Assembly (NCBI GenBank): GCA_002788675.1
Contig: PFRS01000007.1
Span: 64,270 to 128,269 of the forward strand
DNA from: Candidatus Pacebacteria bacterium CG_4_9_14_0_2_um_filter_40_15
Lineage (GTDB): Bacteria; Patescibacteriota; Microgenomatia; UBA1400; PJMF01
DNA length: 64,000 bases
Direction of reading: 5' to 3'
A model generated the notes under the pieces. That model worked only from the letters and a program-made list of their open reading frames with translations, ran no database searches and was not told the DNA's origin. The position numbers and the translations under genes are program-made. Below are positions 17,624-26,076 of the stretch, piece after piece (positions within the stretch are counted from its first letter, which is position 1; each line of letters begins with the position of its first letter).

Positions 17624-18343
17624 ATGGTAAAAGAAAGAACAGTTCCCTCAAGACGTGTACGCAAGGAAAAGCAGAAGGCGCTCAGGCAGACCGTTGCATT
17701 GCTTGGTTTTGCAGTTGTAACCTTACTTGTCTTCGTATTTATCATTGTTCCAGCATTTATTAATGGTTTTAATGCATTCCTCGATAATTCTAATCCATTT
17801 GAACCTACCGACAGCATTCCTCCTCAAGTACCTATTCTTTCTGCTCCTGTTGAGGCTACTTTTAGCGCACAAATCGCTGTTTCTGGCTTTGGTGAGCCAG
17901 AAAGTTCACTCATTTTTGTTTTGAATGGTGAAAAGCTGACTGAGCTGACTATTTCAGAAGATGGCACCTTTCAGTCAGAATTGGATTTGCTTGAAGGTGA
18001 AAACACCATTGCTGCCTACTCTGTCGATGCAGCTGGTAATGAATCAGAACTCACAAAAACCTTTACGACTATTCAAGATGCAACCGAGCCAATGCTTGAT
18101 GTTTCTGGCATAGAAGATGGCATGGTTGTTGAAACTCGCAAAAACCAGAGCTTTGAGGTAACTGGAACCACTGACCCTGGTTCAAAAGTGTATGTAAACG
18201 GACGAATTGTCTTTCCAAATTCTGAGGGAGCATTTAAACAGACAGTACTCCTAGCTGAAGGTGAAAATGTGCTCAGTATCGAAGCAATCGATAAAGCTGG
18301 CAACAAAACTTCTACAGAGAAAAAAGTTACCTATATTCCTTAA
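17624..18343 (+). CDS. Membrane-anchored extracytoplasmic protein with Ig-like (bacterial Ig/BIG-type) beta-rich repeats
   Basis: N-terminal basic stretch, then a TM helix (LLGFAVVTLLVFVFIIVPAF), then repeated motifs: GENTIAAYSVDAAGNES and GENVLSIEAIDKAGNKT. The start was chosen at MVKERT. The ORF track begins at 17570. Confidence 0.5.
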   Translation: MVKERTVPSRRVRKEKQKALRQTVALLGFAVVTLLVFVFIIVPAFINGFNAFLDNSNPFEPTDSIPPQVPILSAPVEATFSAQIAVSGFGEPESSLIFVLNGEKLTELTISEDGTFQSELDLLEGENTIAAYSVDAAGNESELTKTFTTIQDATEPMLDVSGIEDGMVVETRKNQSFEVTGTTDPGSKVYVNGRIVFPNSEGAFKQTVLLAEGENVLSIEAIDKAGNKTSTEKKVTYIP

Positions 18344-19526
18344 CGTAGCCGGAAACCAACAAGAGTGTGCTTACCAATACAAATGGTTGGAGTACTGTGT
18401 TATTAAACTGTGTTATCACCAATAAGATTAAGAGCAACTGAAGCAGTTCTTGTTTTCCAGTTTGTTGCAGCCAAGATACTCCGACATATCCCCAATACAG
18501 AAAACTAAGTAGTCCCAGAATTCCCCAGCCTTCAAAAATCATGACTAGTAATGAATCACTTACTTTAGCTTGATTTGGTAGTGACAGAGTTGTATGCGAC
18601 GAAACATCTCTACCTACAACTGAATAGAATGGTCCGTCTCCTATAAGCCAAGCAGTGATGGTGGTAGGTGCTGTGGCAAGAAGCGATGTGGCTCGGGCAG
18701 AGATACTGGCGGTTCTGAGTAAATTGGTGCCCTCACCTTCCGAAAGTTCAGCAATTCCGAGCGCGATAGCAGTAAGTAAAACAAAGCCAGCGCAGACAGC
18801 TAGCAGATCTTTTTTTGCACGTTTTTTTTCTACAAAAATGGTGTGTAGGGCAATGACTACAACACCGAGGTAACTTGCCCGTGAAAAAGTGAGTACAATT
18901 CCAACAAGCATCGCACCAATGTATCCTCGTTTGAATGCGGGATGTTTTTTGAGCAGTGAACTGTGTAGCGCAGCTGAAAGTGCGATTAAAAACAGTGCTC
19001 CCATAAATGCTGGGTCAAGTTGGGTGCCAACCATTCTGTAGTAGTGGTCATCAAACCCTAACGAGTATAGGAACCGTGTATCTGGAATGAACACCAGTTG
19101 CAGTAAACCTGTTGCAAAAGTGATCAGTCCCAGACTCAGTACCCCAGAAACTAATTGTTTTTTTGTTACTGTTGAAAGTGTGAGTACTAATGAAGCAAAG
19201 CCAAAATACAATATAATTCTTCCAAGATATAACAGCGGCAACAATTGGAAGCTATGTAACTGCGCAGCTACAAGCGAAATAACAGAAATTCCCACAAAAG
19301 GAAGCCAGCTCCACATATTTTTGGTTAAAAAAGCCCAAACAGTATTTTTTACTCTGAAAAGTTTGCTGGCATGTTTCACAAGTAGATATGCAGACCACAC
19401 CACAATCAAAACATCGTGTGGATAAATCTTAATAGCTGGGGTTAGGGTAACTCTCCCAAGTTGTCCAAGTGCAAGACACCCAATTAAGATCCAAAGTAAG
19501 AGTGATTCAAGCGTGATTTTTTTCAT
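18327..19526 (-). CDS. O-antigen ligase / Wzy-like polytopic membrane protein
   Basis: 399 aa, about 10 or more TM helices. The last gene of the flippase-GT2 operon, overlapping the GT2 gene by 20 nt. Confidence 0.5.
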   Translation of the reverse strand: MKKITLESLLLWILIGCLALGQLGRVTLTPAIKIYPHDVLIVVWSAYLLVKHASKLFRVKNTVWAFLTKNMWSWLPFVGISVISLVAAQLHSFQLLPLLYLGRIILYFGFASLVLTLSTVTKKQLVSGVLSLGLITFATGLLQLVFIPDTRFLYSLGFDDHYYRMVGTQLDPAFMGALFLIALSAALHSSLLKKHPAFKRGYIGAMLVGIVLTFSRASYLGVVVIALHTIFVEKKRAKKDLLAVCAGFVLLTAIALGIAELSEGEGTNLLRTASISARATSLLATAPTTITAWLIGDGPFYSVVGRDVSSHTTLSLPNQAKVSDSLLVMIFEGWGILGLLSFLYWGYVGVSWLQQTGKQELLQLLLILLVITQFNNTVLQPFVLVSTLLLVSGYVKEYR

Positions 19527-20241
19527 AAGCGGTGATTCGTACAGTCATTGAATGAAGTGTCATTATAAGGGCATACGATAAGCCTCTATAGCCATCCAGA
19601 AAGCCAAGTAGAAAGATGTAAGTGTACACAAACTTAGCAGGTGGGTAGACGAGCAGTTCGAAAAGTGAAAAATCCCGATTGTTGCCAAGTTGTGTAGCAT
19701 ATTTGGTAACATCAGCTATAAATTCAGAAATACTCTCATGCGAGAAGTGGTACACAAGAAGCTCGGATTGGTCTACTTTGCCAGCTACTTGAGCAACCTC
19801 ATGTATTTTCCCTGTAAAACGAGTTGCAGATGCTCGCACTAATCGAATTAGTTTTTGTTTGCCAGCTTCACCGTAGTGTAACTGCTTGCCATGAAAGAAA
19901 TCAGACCGAGTGCAAAAAAAACCGCTGGCAGTGGCAGTTTGTAAGGTTTTTTGAAGTTTTGCAGTAGAAAATGGTTGGAGTACTTCATCGCTATCAAGAA
20001 AAAAGACCCATTCTTGGGTGGTGAGTCGGAGTGCTTCATTTCGTAAAAATGCAAAGTCTGTGATTGGTTCATCTGGAATAGGGATAATTTTTGCGTTGGG
20101 GTGTTTGAGGTCAGATTCCTGTATGCCACTCGCTGAATCAAAAATGAGAAGTTCAGCAAAGTCACCTAGAGATCGGAGAGCATTTTGACACTTATGGTCA
20201 AACACATTTGTAATGAGTACTGCTGAACAGGAAATGATCAT
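19507..20241 (-). CDS. Family 2 glycosyltransferase
   Basis: DxD motif FFLDSDEVL in a GT-A fold-sized protein. It overlaps the flippase gene by 4 nt. Confidence 0.65.
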   Translation of the reverse strand: MIISCSAVLITNVFDHKCQNALRSLGDFAELLIFDSASGIQESDLKHPNAKIIPIPDEPITDFAFLRNEALRLTTQEWVFFLDSDEVLQPFSTAKLQKTLQTATASGFFCTRSDFFHGKQLHYGEAGKQKLIRLVRASATRFTGKIHEVAQVAGKVDQSELLVYHFSHESISEFIADVTKYATQLGNNRDFSLFELLVYPPAKFVYTYIFLLGFLDGYRGLSYALIMTLHSMTVRITAYEKNHA

Positions 20242-21500
20242 GATTTTTTCCGCAGTACTTGCGCAACTCCAACAAATACAATGGGAAGTGAAATAACTCT
20301 AGAGATAATCAGAGCCTGAGCTGCTCCTTGAATGCCGGTGCTATTACTCCAATAAATCAGTAATGGTACAAGAATGATAATAGTAGTTGCCAACTGCAAA
20401 TTAACAACCGAAAATTTTCGCATTGCCATAAGGAGTGAGGTGCACTGCATCGAAACTGCCTGGAGAAGTCCAGCAGTTGCAAGCAAGGGCAGGTAGTTTG
20501 CTATACTTAGCCACTCACTACCAAGTAAAATCGAAACAATTACTTTTGGAAAAATGAAGAACGGAAGTGTGCCCAAAAAAGCGATGCCCAATGTGGCAAG
20601 AGATGACTTAATAAATGCACGGCGTAGTCTATCAGTGTCATCCATTATTTTTGTAAATATGGGTAGCGTGCCGTGGTACGCGGATTTAGTTAAGTCATAG
20701 TTAGTTTTATGTCCTAAATTATAGCCGTTGTGGTAGAGTCCCAAGTTATACGTGCCAATGGTTTTACCTAAAATAAAGTTATCAATATTTTCGTGAGCAT
20801 ATGAAAGGAGTGCCGAGAGGCTTAACCAGAGTGCATTGCTGTAAATAATTTCAGCCCTACTTTTTATATATTTAAATTTTGGTTTAACACTAAAGAATAT
20901 AAAGGATATGACTACTTCAAAAATTGCAGCGCCAATCATGGCCAGAATCATAGCTATGAATGATCTAAAAACTATGCCGAAAATGATGGCTAACACCACA
21001 TCAACTAGGGTAAGTGAAAGTCGGTAGGTGCTATCTTTAAAGAACTCAAGCTTCTTATGTAACATAATGATGCTTGGATTAATAAAGCCCTTAATAAGAG
21101 GGACAATTGCTGCTATAGCAATATAAAGTGGCAGCTCAGGCATACCATAAAATGTGCCCATGCCTAACCCAAGTAGAACCATACAAATTGAGATCAAAAT
21201 TCCGCGAATAATCGCAATAACCCAAGCTGTGTCGACAAAATATTTTATTGGACGTTTTGATTGGAGAATGGTAAAGTTAACTCCAGTCTGGGTGAAAGCT
21301 TCAACAATACCCAGCGCAATGGTAACCAAAGAAAAAACACCAAAATCATTTGGTGAGAGTAAACGAGCCAAAATAGAAACTTTTACTATGGTGAGTACAC
21401 TCTGCAGTACTTTGAGTACTGACTGCCAACTAAAACCGGAAATTGCATTCTTGGTGTATCCCACAAAATCATTATACCGACTTTCTGTAAGAAAAGACAC
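20238..21500 (-). CDS. MOP-superfamily polysaccharide/lipid-linked oligosaccharide flippase (Wzx/MurJ-like)
   Basis: 420 aa, about 12-14 TM helices, architecture typical of the polysaccharide biosynthesis protein family. Confidence 0.6.
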   Translation of the reverse strand: MSFLTESRYNDFVGYTKNAISGFSWQSVLKVLQSVLTIVKVSILARLLSPNDFGVFSLVTIALGIVEAFTQTGVNFTILQSKRPIKYFVDTAWVIAIIRGILISICMVLLGLGMGTFYGMPELPLYIAIAAIVPLIKGFINPSIIMLHKKLEFFKDSTYRLSLTLVDVVLAIIFGIVFRSFIAMILAMIGAAIFEVVISFIFFSVKPKFKYIKSRAEIIYSNALWLSLSALLSYAHENIDNFILGKTIGTYNLGLYHNGYNLGHKTNYDLTKSAYHGTLPIFTKIMDDTDRLRRAFIKSSLATLGIAFLGTLPFFIFPKVIVSILLGSEWLSIANYLPLLATAGLLQAVSMQCTSLLMAMRKFSVVNLQLATTIIILVPLLIYWSNSTGIQGAAQALIISRVISLPIVFVGVAQVLRKKS

Positions 21501-21536
21501 TTTTAACCTTGAAATCTAAACTGATAACGGGGATAA

Positions 21537-22121
21537 TTGAAAATTATGAATCCATTAAAGTCACTCTCCAGTTTCTTCCTTGATATGGTTGAAACAATTG
21601 TAATTGGTCTATCAATCTTTTTGGTAGTGTATTTATTTTTCATGCAACCTCATCAGGTAAATGGACAGTCAATGGTTCCAAATTTTCAAAGTGGTGAGTA
21701 TGTGCTGACCGATAAGATTAGCTATAAAATGGGTGATCCAAAGCTTGGTGACGTTGTGGTTTTTCATGCGCCTGAAGCAGCTCACTGTCCTGAAGGTACT
21801 GGTTGTGACTTTATTAAAAGAGTTATAGGTGTACCAGGCGACACTATTGAAGTAAAAGAAAATGCCTATTTTGTGAATGGAAAGCGACTTAACGAGACTT
21901 ACATACCTGCAGATTTTGAAATCTTACCTGGAGCATTTACTAAAGACCGTGTGGTTGATCTAGGGGACGACGAGTACTTTGTCAGTGGCGATAACAGACC
22001 ATACTCTTCTGACTCACGTGCCTGGGGACCCATTAGTAAAGCTGAAATAGTCGGAAAAGCATTCTTCAGATACTGGCCAATAGGTGTTGCAGGACTTATT
22101 ATTCCTTACGAATACAATTAA
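21537..22121 (+). CDS. lepB: Signal peptidase I
   Basis: Catalytic Ser motif GQSMVPN, box D/E motifs (FVSGDNRPYSSDSR), N-terminal TM. Confidence 0.85.
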   Translation: MKIMNPLKSLSSFFLDMVETIVIGLSIFLVVYLFFMQPHQVNGQSMVPNFQSGEYVLTDKISYKMGDPKLGDVVVFHAPEAAHCPEGTGCDFIKRVIGVPGDTIEVKENAYFVNGKRLNETYIPADFEILPGAFTKDRVVDLGDDEYFVSGDNRPYSSDSRAWGPISKAEIVGKAFFRYWPIGVAGLIIPYEYN

Positions 22122-22145
22122 TTTTTTTGATTTAATCTGGAAATA

Positions 22146-23003
22146 TTAACTGTTTTTTTTACCTGTAGTAATTTCAATTATTTTAGCTAGATCTTGCTCA
22201 GTCTTTTTAAGATTTCCCTTGAGGGTAATAGTGATTTTTGTTTGAGTGTTTGAGCGTTGTAGTTTAACTACTGAGCGTGATTTTAACAATTGTTTCAGAT
22301 CTTTTTCCCAAGCTTTTACCTCAGCCAGCATTTCTGTGACTGTTTTTTTTGATTTTGCTGCGTGGGTGTTTCTCTGTCCAATTTCCTCTTTGGCTATACG
22401 AGCCATTTGTTCTGCCTGACGTACTGAAGCGTTTGTTTTAAGGATTTTTTTGTAGACTTGTACCATTTTATGTTTATCAGCAATACCGCCAATTGCACGG
22501 GCATGGCCTTCGTCAATTAAACCTCCCAGCAATCCGTCTTTAATTGCGTCAGGTAACGTAAGTAGTTTAAGTGAATTTTTTACATAGGGAATAGATTTTG
22601 AAACTCTTCGAGCGACTTCGTTGTCGTCGTAGCCAAAATTTCTTTTAAGTTGCATGAATGCTTGAGCTCGCTCTATTGAACCGAGGTCGACGCGCTGCAC
22701 ATTTTCGATTATGGCCATCTCGAGCATTTGTTTTGGAGTAACTTTTTTGATAATAACGGGAACGGTTTTGAGTCCTGCTTGTTGTGATGCCCTCCAACGA
22801 CGTTCACCAGCAATAATTTGATAGCCAGCTGGGGTGTCGGTAACGACAAGTGGTTCTAATACACCAAACTGCTTAATTGAGTCTGTCAATTCATCAAGAT
22901 CTTCAGTCTTAATTAAATCGCGTGGCTGAAAGGGATTTGCCTGTAAGTGAGTTATGTCGAGTTCGGTAATTTTGTGGTCTGTCATTATTTCAAAGTATAT
23001 CAA
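22146..23003 (-). CDS. parB: ParB/Spo0J-family partition protein (no adjacent parA)
   Basis: ParB box GERRWRA and an N-terminal ParB/Srx domain (LEPLVV...AGERRWRASQQAG). Confidence 0.8.
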   Translation of the reverse strand: MIYFEIMTDHKITELDITHLQANPFQPRDLIKTEDLDELTDSIKQFGVLEPLVVTDTPAGYQIIAGERRWRASQQAGLKTVPVIIKKVTPKQMLEMAIIENVQRVDLGSIERAQAFMQLKRNFGYDDNEVARRVSKSIPYVKNSLKLLTLPDAIKDGLLGGLIDEGHARAIGGIADKHKMVQVYKKILKTNASVRQAEQMARIAKEEIGQRNTHAAKSKKTVTEMLAEVKAWEKDLKQLLKSRSVVKLQRSNTQTKITITLKGNLKKTEQDLAKIIEITTGKKNS

Positions 23004-23032
23004 ATAAAGTGGTTTTTATCGATTATAAAACT

Positions 23033-23064
23033 AAAAAAGCTAGCAATTTCTTGCTAGCTTTTTA
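23033..23064. terminator. Bidirectional terminator hairpin (GCTAGCAA-tttc-TTGCTAGC) downstream of rpmA
   Basis: 8-bp perfect stem with an A-run upstream and a T-run downstream. Confidence 0.65.
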
Positions 23065-23088
23065 TATTTCAATGTGTGAAGGTGTATA

Positions 23089-23346
23089 TTACTTAGCAAC
23101 AACGTTAACAACAGTCTTGCCAAAGCGCTTACTAAAGGCAACAGCACCTTCCATCATAGCGAAAATGGTGTGATCTTTACCCATGCCAACACCTTTACCT
23201 GCTTTGTATTTAGCTCCACGTTGGCGCAAAATGATGTGACCAGTGATTACTGATTCTCCACCAAATTTCTTGACACCGAGGCGTTTACCATGGCGGTTAC
23301 CTTGTTTGTGTTGATTAACTTTACCACTAGCTTTGACGTGTGACAT
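23089..23346 (-). CDS. rpmA: 50S ribosomal protein L27 (no N-terminal propeptide)
   Basis: [30 protein letters not shown] matches the conserved L27 core. Confidence 0.9.
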   Translation of the reverse strand: MSHVKASGKVNQHKQGNRHGKRLGVKKFGGESVITGHIILRQRGAKYKAGKGVGMGKDHTIFAMMEGAVAFSKRFGKTVVNVVAK

Positions 23347-23355
23347 ACTGGCCTT

Positions 23356-24528
23356 TTATTTTGTATTATCTTGTTTGTTATATTCTAATTTATACAGTGT
23401 TCTTCGAACAACTGCCTGTGAACGGCTATATTCGATAGGTTCAGAACTGGTAGTGTACCCCATATTGCTTAAACTGTCAATGAATTTTTCCATTGAATAG
23501 GTATACGATTTGCCACTCTTTTGCTCTGCAGTGATGGTTGGCATAACAATAACAATTGTTGCTTTATCCGCAAGAATGGTAGTCCAGTGTTTAAAGGCAC
23601 CTTTATAGAGTTTCTCAAGTCCTTTAAAGATATAGGGAACCTTAGCAATGTTTGGTTTTGGTTTTCCTAGAAAAGGTTCGGTGACAATCAGATCAATTTT
23701 CTTTGATGGAGTCACTTTGGTGACATCGCCTGTTTTGATTTCAGGAATAATGTTTGCTTCTTTGACTCCTGCATACCAAGCAATATTCTCTTTTGTACCT
23801 CTAGTTGAAGCAGGATCTAGGTCGGAACCAATTAGTTTGGTGTGTCCAAGTGCAATTGCTTCGAGTAAAATTGTTCCAGATCCACAGAAAGGATCATAAA
23901 GAACTGGTTTTTCGGTTGGTTCAAATGAGCCAAGTCCCCAGTTAAGCATCATACGAGCAACTTTTGGAGGGAGCATTCCTTTTTTGGCATCAAAGTAAGG
24001 TTTGCCACGGTCAACTTCCGTCCAAGCATCAATATTTTGGACAGCGACTGTTTTACCAATTACGGTTCCAGTGTTTGAACCAATTAGGACAATTTCTTGT
24101 ACGTTTGCTTTGTGAAGTAACAGTGCGGTTGGTACGCCACCACGAGGGCCTTCTTTGAATTGAGCAGTGTAGTTCATTTTTTTGAGGTGTGTTTTAATGC
24201 TGCGAGCATCAAAAACAGGTAGATGATCTCGACCAATTTCAGATACACCAAAAGCAATCTTATCCTTAAGTGATTCACGGGTAAGCGTTTTTGTGGCTAT
24301 AGTGATGATGTCATCATCTGTGGGTTTTTCAAAAACAGCGAGTTCACGCATTATTTTGATCGTACCACCGAGTTTTTCGAGTAATGCAATTGCATCCTCA
24401 TCAGAGGGAAGATCCATGGTAGCAACTTCACTTTGCAGCATAGTAACTCGAGTTGCTCGAGAAACGGCAATAATTTCAGCTACTGAAAATTTTGGTGTAT
24501 TTCCTAAAAGGAAATGATATGTGTTCAT
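23356..24528 (-). CDS. THUMP-domain class I SAM-dependent RNA (guanine-N2)-methyltransferase (RlmL/Trm14-like)
   Basis: SAM motif I LYDPFCGSGTILLEA and an N-terminal THUMP-like region. Located between rplU and rpmA. Confidence 0.55.
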   Translation of the reverse strand: MNTYHFLLGNTPKFSVAEIIAVSRATRVTMLQSEVATMDLPSDEDAIALLEKLGGTIKIMRELAVFEKPTDDDIITIATKTLTRESLKDKIAFGVSEIGRDHLPVFDARSIKTHLKKMNYTAQFKEGPRGGVPTALLLHKANVQEIVLIGSNTGTVIGKTVAVQNIDAWTEVDRGKPYFDAKKGMLPPKVARMMLNWGLGSFEPTEKPVLYDPFCGSGTILLEAIALGHTKLIGSDLDPASTRGTKENIAWYAGVKEANIIPEIKTGDVTKVTPSKKIDLIVTEPFLGKPKPNIAKVPYIFKGLEKLYKGAFKHWTTILADKATIVIVMPTITAEQKSGKSYTYSMEKFIDSLSNMGYTTSSEPIEYSRSQAVVRRTLYKLEYNKQDNTK

Positions 24529-24587
24529 AGTTTGTTAGACAACCGATTGGGAGTCCCCCCTTGTTTACGTCTACAAACCAAAGTATT

Positions 24588-24902
24588 TTAAGCTTTGATT
24601 TTGATTACTTCAACTAAAGTTTGAAGTTGTTTGTGGCCATTTACTTTACGATATTTAGATTTTGATTTAAATTTAGCAACACGAATTTTTGGAGCTCTGT
24701 TGTGCTCAGTGATTCTGATTGAAACTTCAGCACCTGCTACGAGTGGTTCACCGATTTTAACATCAGTGCCATTTGAAGCTAAGAGAACATCAGTAATTTT
24801 GACTGTTTCACCCTCTTCTGCTTCGAGTCGAGCGACAGTAATTTTGTCACCTTCACTGACCTTGTACTGTTTGCCTGAGATTTGAACAATTGCGTATGAC
24901 AT
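24588..24902 (-). CDS. rplU: 50S ribosomal protein L21
   Basis: MSYAIVQISGKQYKVSEGDKITV is the canonical L21 start. Confidence 0.9.
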   Translation of the reverse strand: MSYAIVQISGKQYKVSEGDKITVARLEAEEGETVKITDVLLASNGTDVKIGEPLVAGAEVSIRITEHNRAPKIRVAKFKSKSKYRKVNGHKQLQTLVEVIKIKA

Positions 24903-24961
24903 ACTTTATTTACTTTCCTAATTATTATTTTGCTTGTAGAACATAGAATTATATCACGATA

Positions 24962-26029
24962 TTACGAAAGTTGCAGTGTCAATTCTTTTTTTTGTGTAGC
25001 TATGTCTGCCTGTAGGAGTCCCAGAGTAGCTGCCAGAGTGATAACAGAGCTTCCTCCATAGGAAAGCAACGGTAAAGTAATACCTGTAATAGGTAATACA
25101 CCCATGTTCATGCCAATATTCACGAAGGTCTGAAGCAAAATTTGTGCTGCAACCATGTAAATATAAAACTGTGTAGATGCGAATTGTGTGGTTCTCGCCG
25201 TTCTGAGTAAGAATAAAATCAAGGCAAAGTACACAAGAATGATTAAAGCTGATCCTAGAAAGCCAAATTCTTCAGCGATTGAAGCAAAGATAAAGTCAGT
25301 CTGCCGTTCAGGTAAAAAACGCAAGTGTGATTGAATACCTTGTCCTAATCCTCTGCCTAGGAATTTACCTGAACCTACTGCAATCATGGCTTGGTTTGAG
25401 TTGTAACTTGCGCCACTAATGTCTGCCTGTGGGTCAAGAAAACTGGTAATACGTTGTTTTTGATATGGTTTAAGAACCATGGTCCAGGCTATTAACGTAG
25501 TAACAAGAACCACTCCTCCCAGAACGATGATATGTTTGGTCTTAATATGTAAGAAGAGTCCCGCTGTAGCCATACAGGCTAGATAGACAATGGTTGTTCC
25601 TAGATCTGGTTCTATCAGGATCAGTACTGCAGGAATTCCTACAACTATTAGCCATGTTGCAATGTTTTTAAACGTCAGTTCTCTTGACTTTGCCAGTAAT
25701 GTACTCATGTATAAGCCAACTAGAGGAACAGCTAATTGTGAGGCTTGGAGCGCAAACAATCCCCCAATATTAATCCAACGAGCAGTGTTACGTGTTTGGA
25801 GGGAAATAACCAATGTGAGTATCAGCAGTAACACAGTCAGAATATATCCCAACGGACTGAGCGCCGTAATTCTTCTCCACGAAAGTTTAGAAATCGCAAA
25901 GAAGCTGAATCCGCCAACTACAAAAAAAAGTAACTGCTTAGATGCTAACTCCGGGGCAATACTACTTAACGTCAGTACACTTAGGAGACCCAAGATTATA
26001 ATAACAGCTGGTAGAAACCAATATCGCAT
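24962..26029 (-). CDS. rodA: SEDS-family peptidoglycan glycosyltransferase (RodA/FtsW-like)
   Basis: 10-TM SEDS architecture with a conserved C-terminal FIFASIAEEFGFLG-type motif. Confidence 0.75.
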   Translation of the reverse strand: MRYWFLPAVIIILGLLSVLTLSSIAPELASKQLLFFVVGGFSFFAISKLSWRRITALSPLGYILTVLLLILTLVISLQTRNTARWINIGGLFALQASQLAVPLVGLYMSTLLAKSRELTFKNIATWLIVVGIPAVLILIEPDLGTTIVYLACMATAGLFLHIKTKHIIVLGGVVLVTTLIAWTMVLKPYQKQRITSFLDPQADISGASYNSNQAMIAVGSGKFLGRGLGQGIQSHLRFLPERQTDFIFASIAEEFGFLGSALIILVYFALILFLLRTARTTQFASTQFYIYMVAAQILLQTFVNIGMNMGVLPITGITLPLLSYGGSSVITLAATLGLLQADIATQKKELTLQLS

Positions 26030-26076
26030 TGCCCCTGTTGTATCATTCTTCGTTGGTGCTAATCAAGTTGAAGTTC

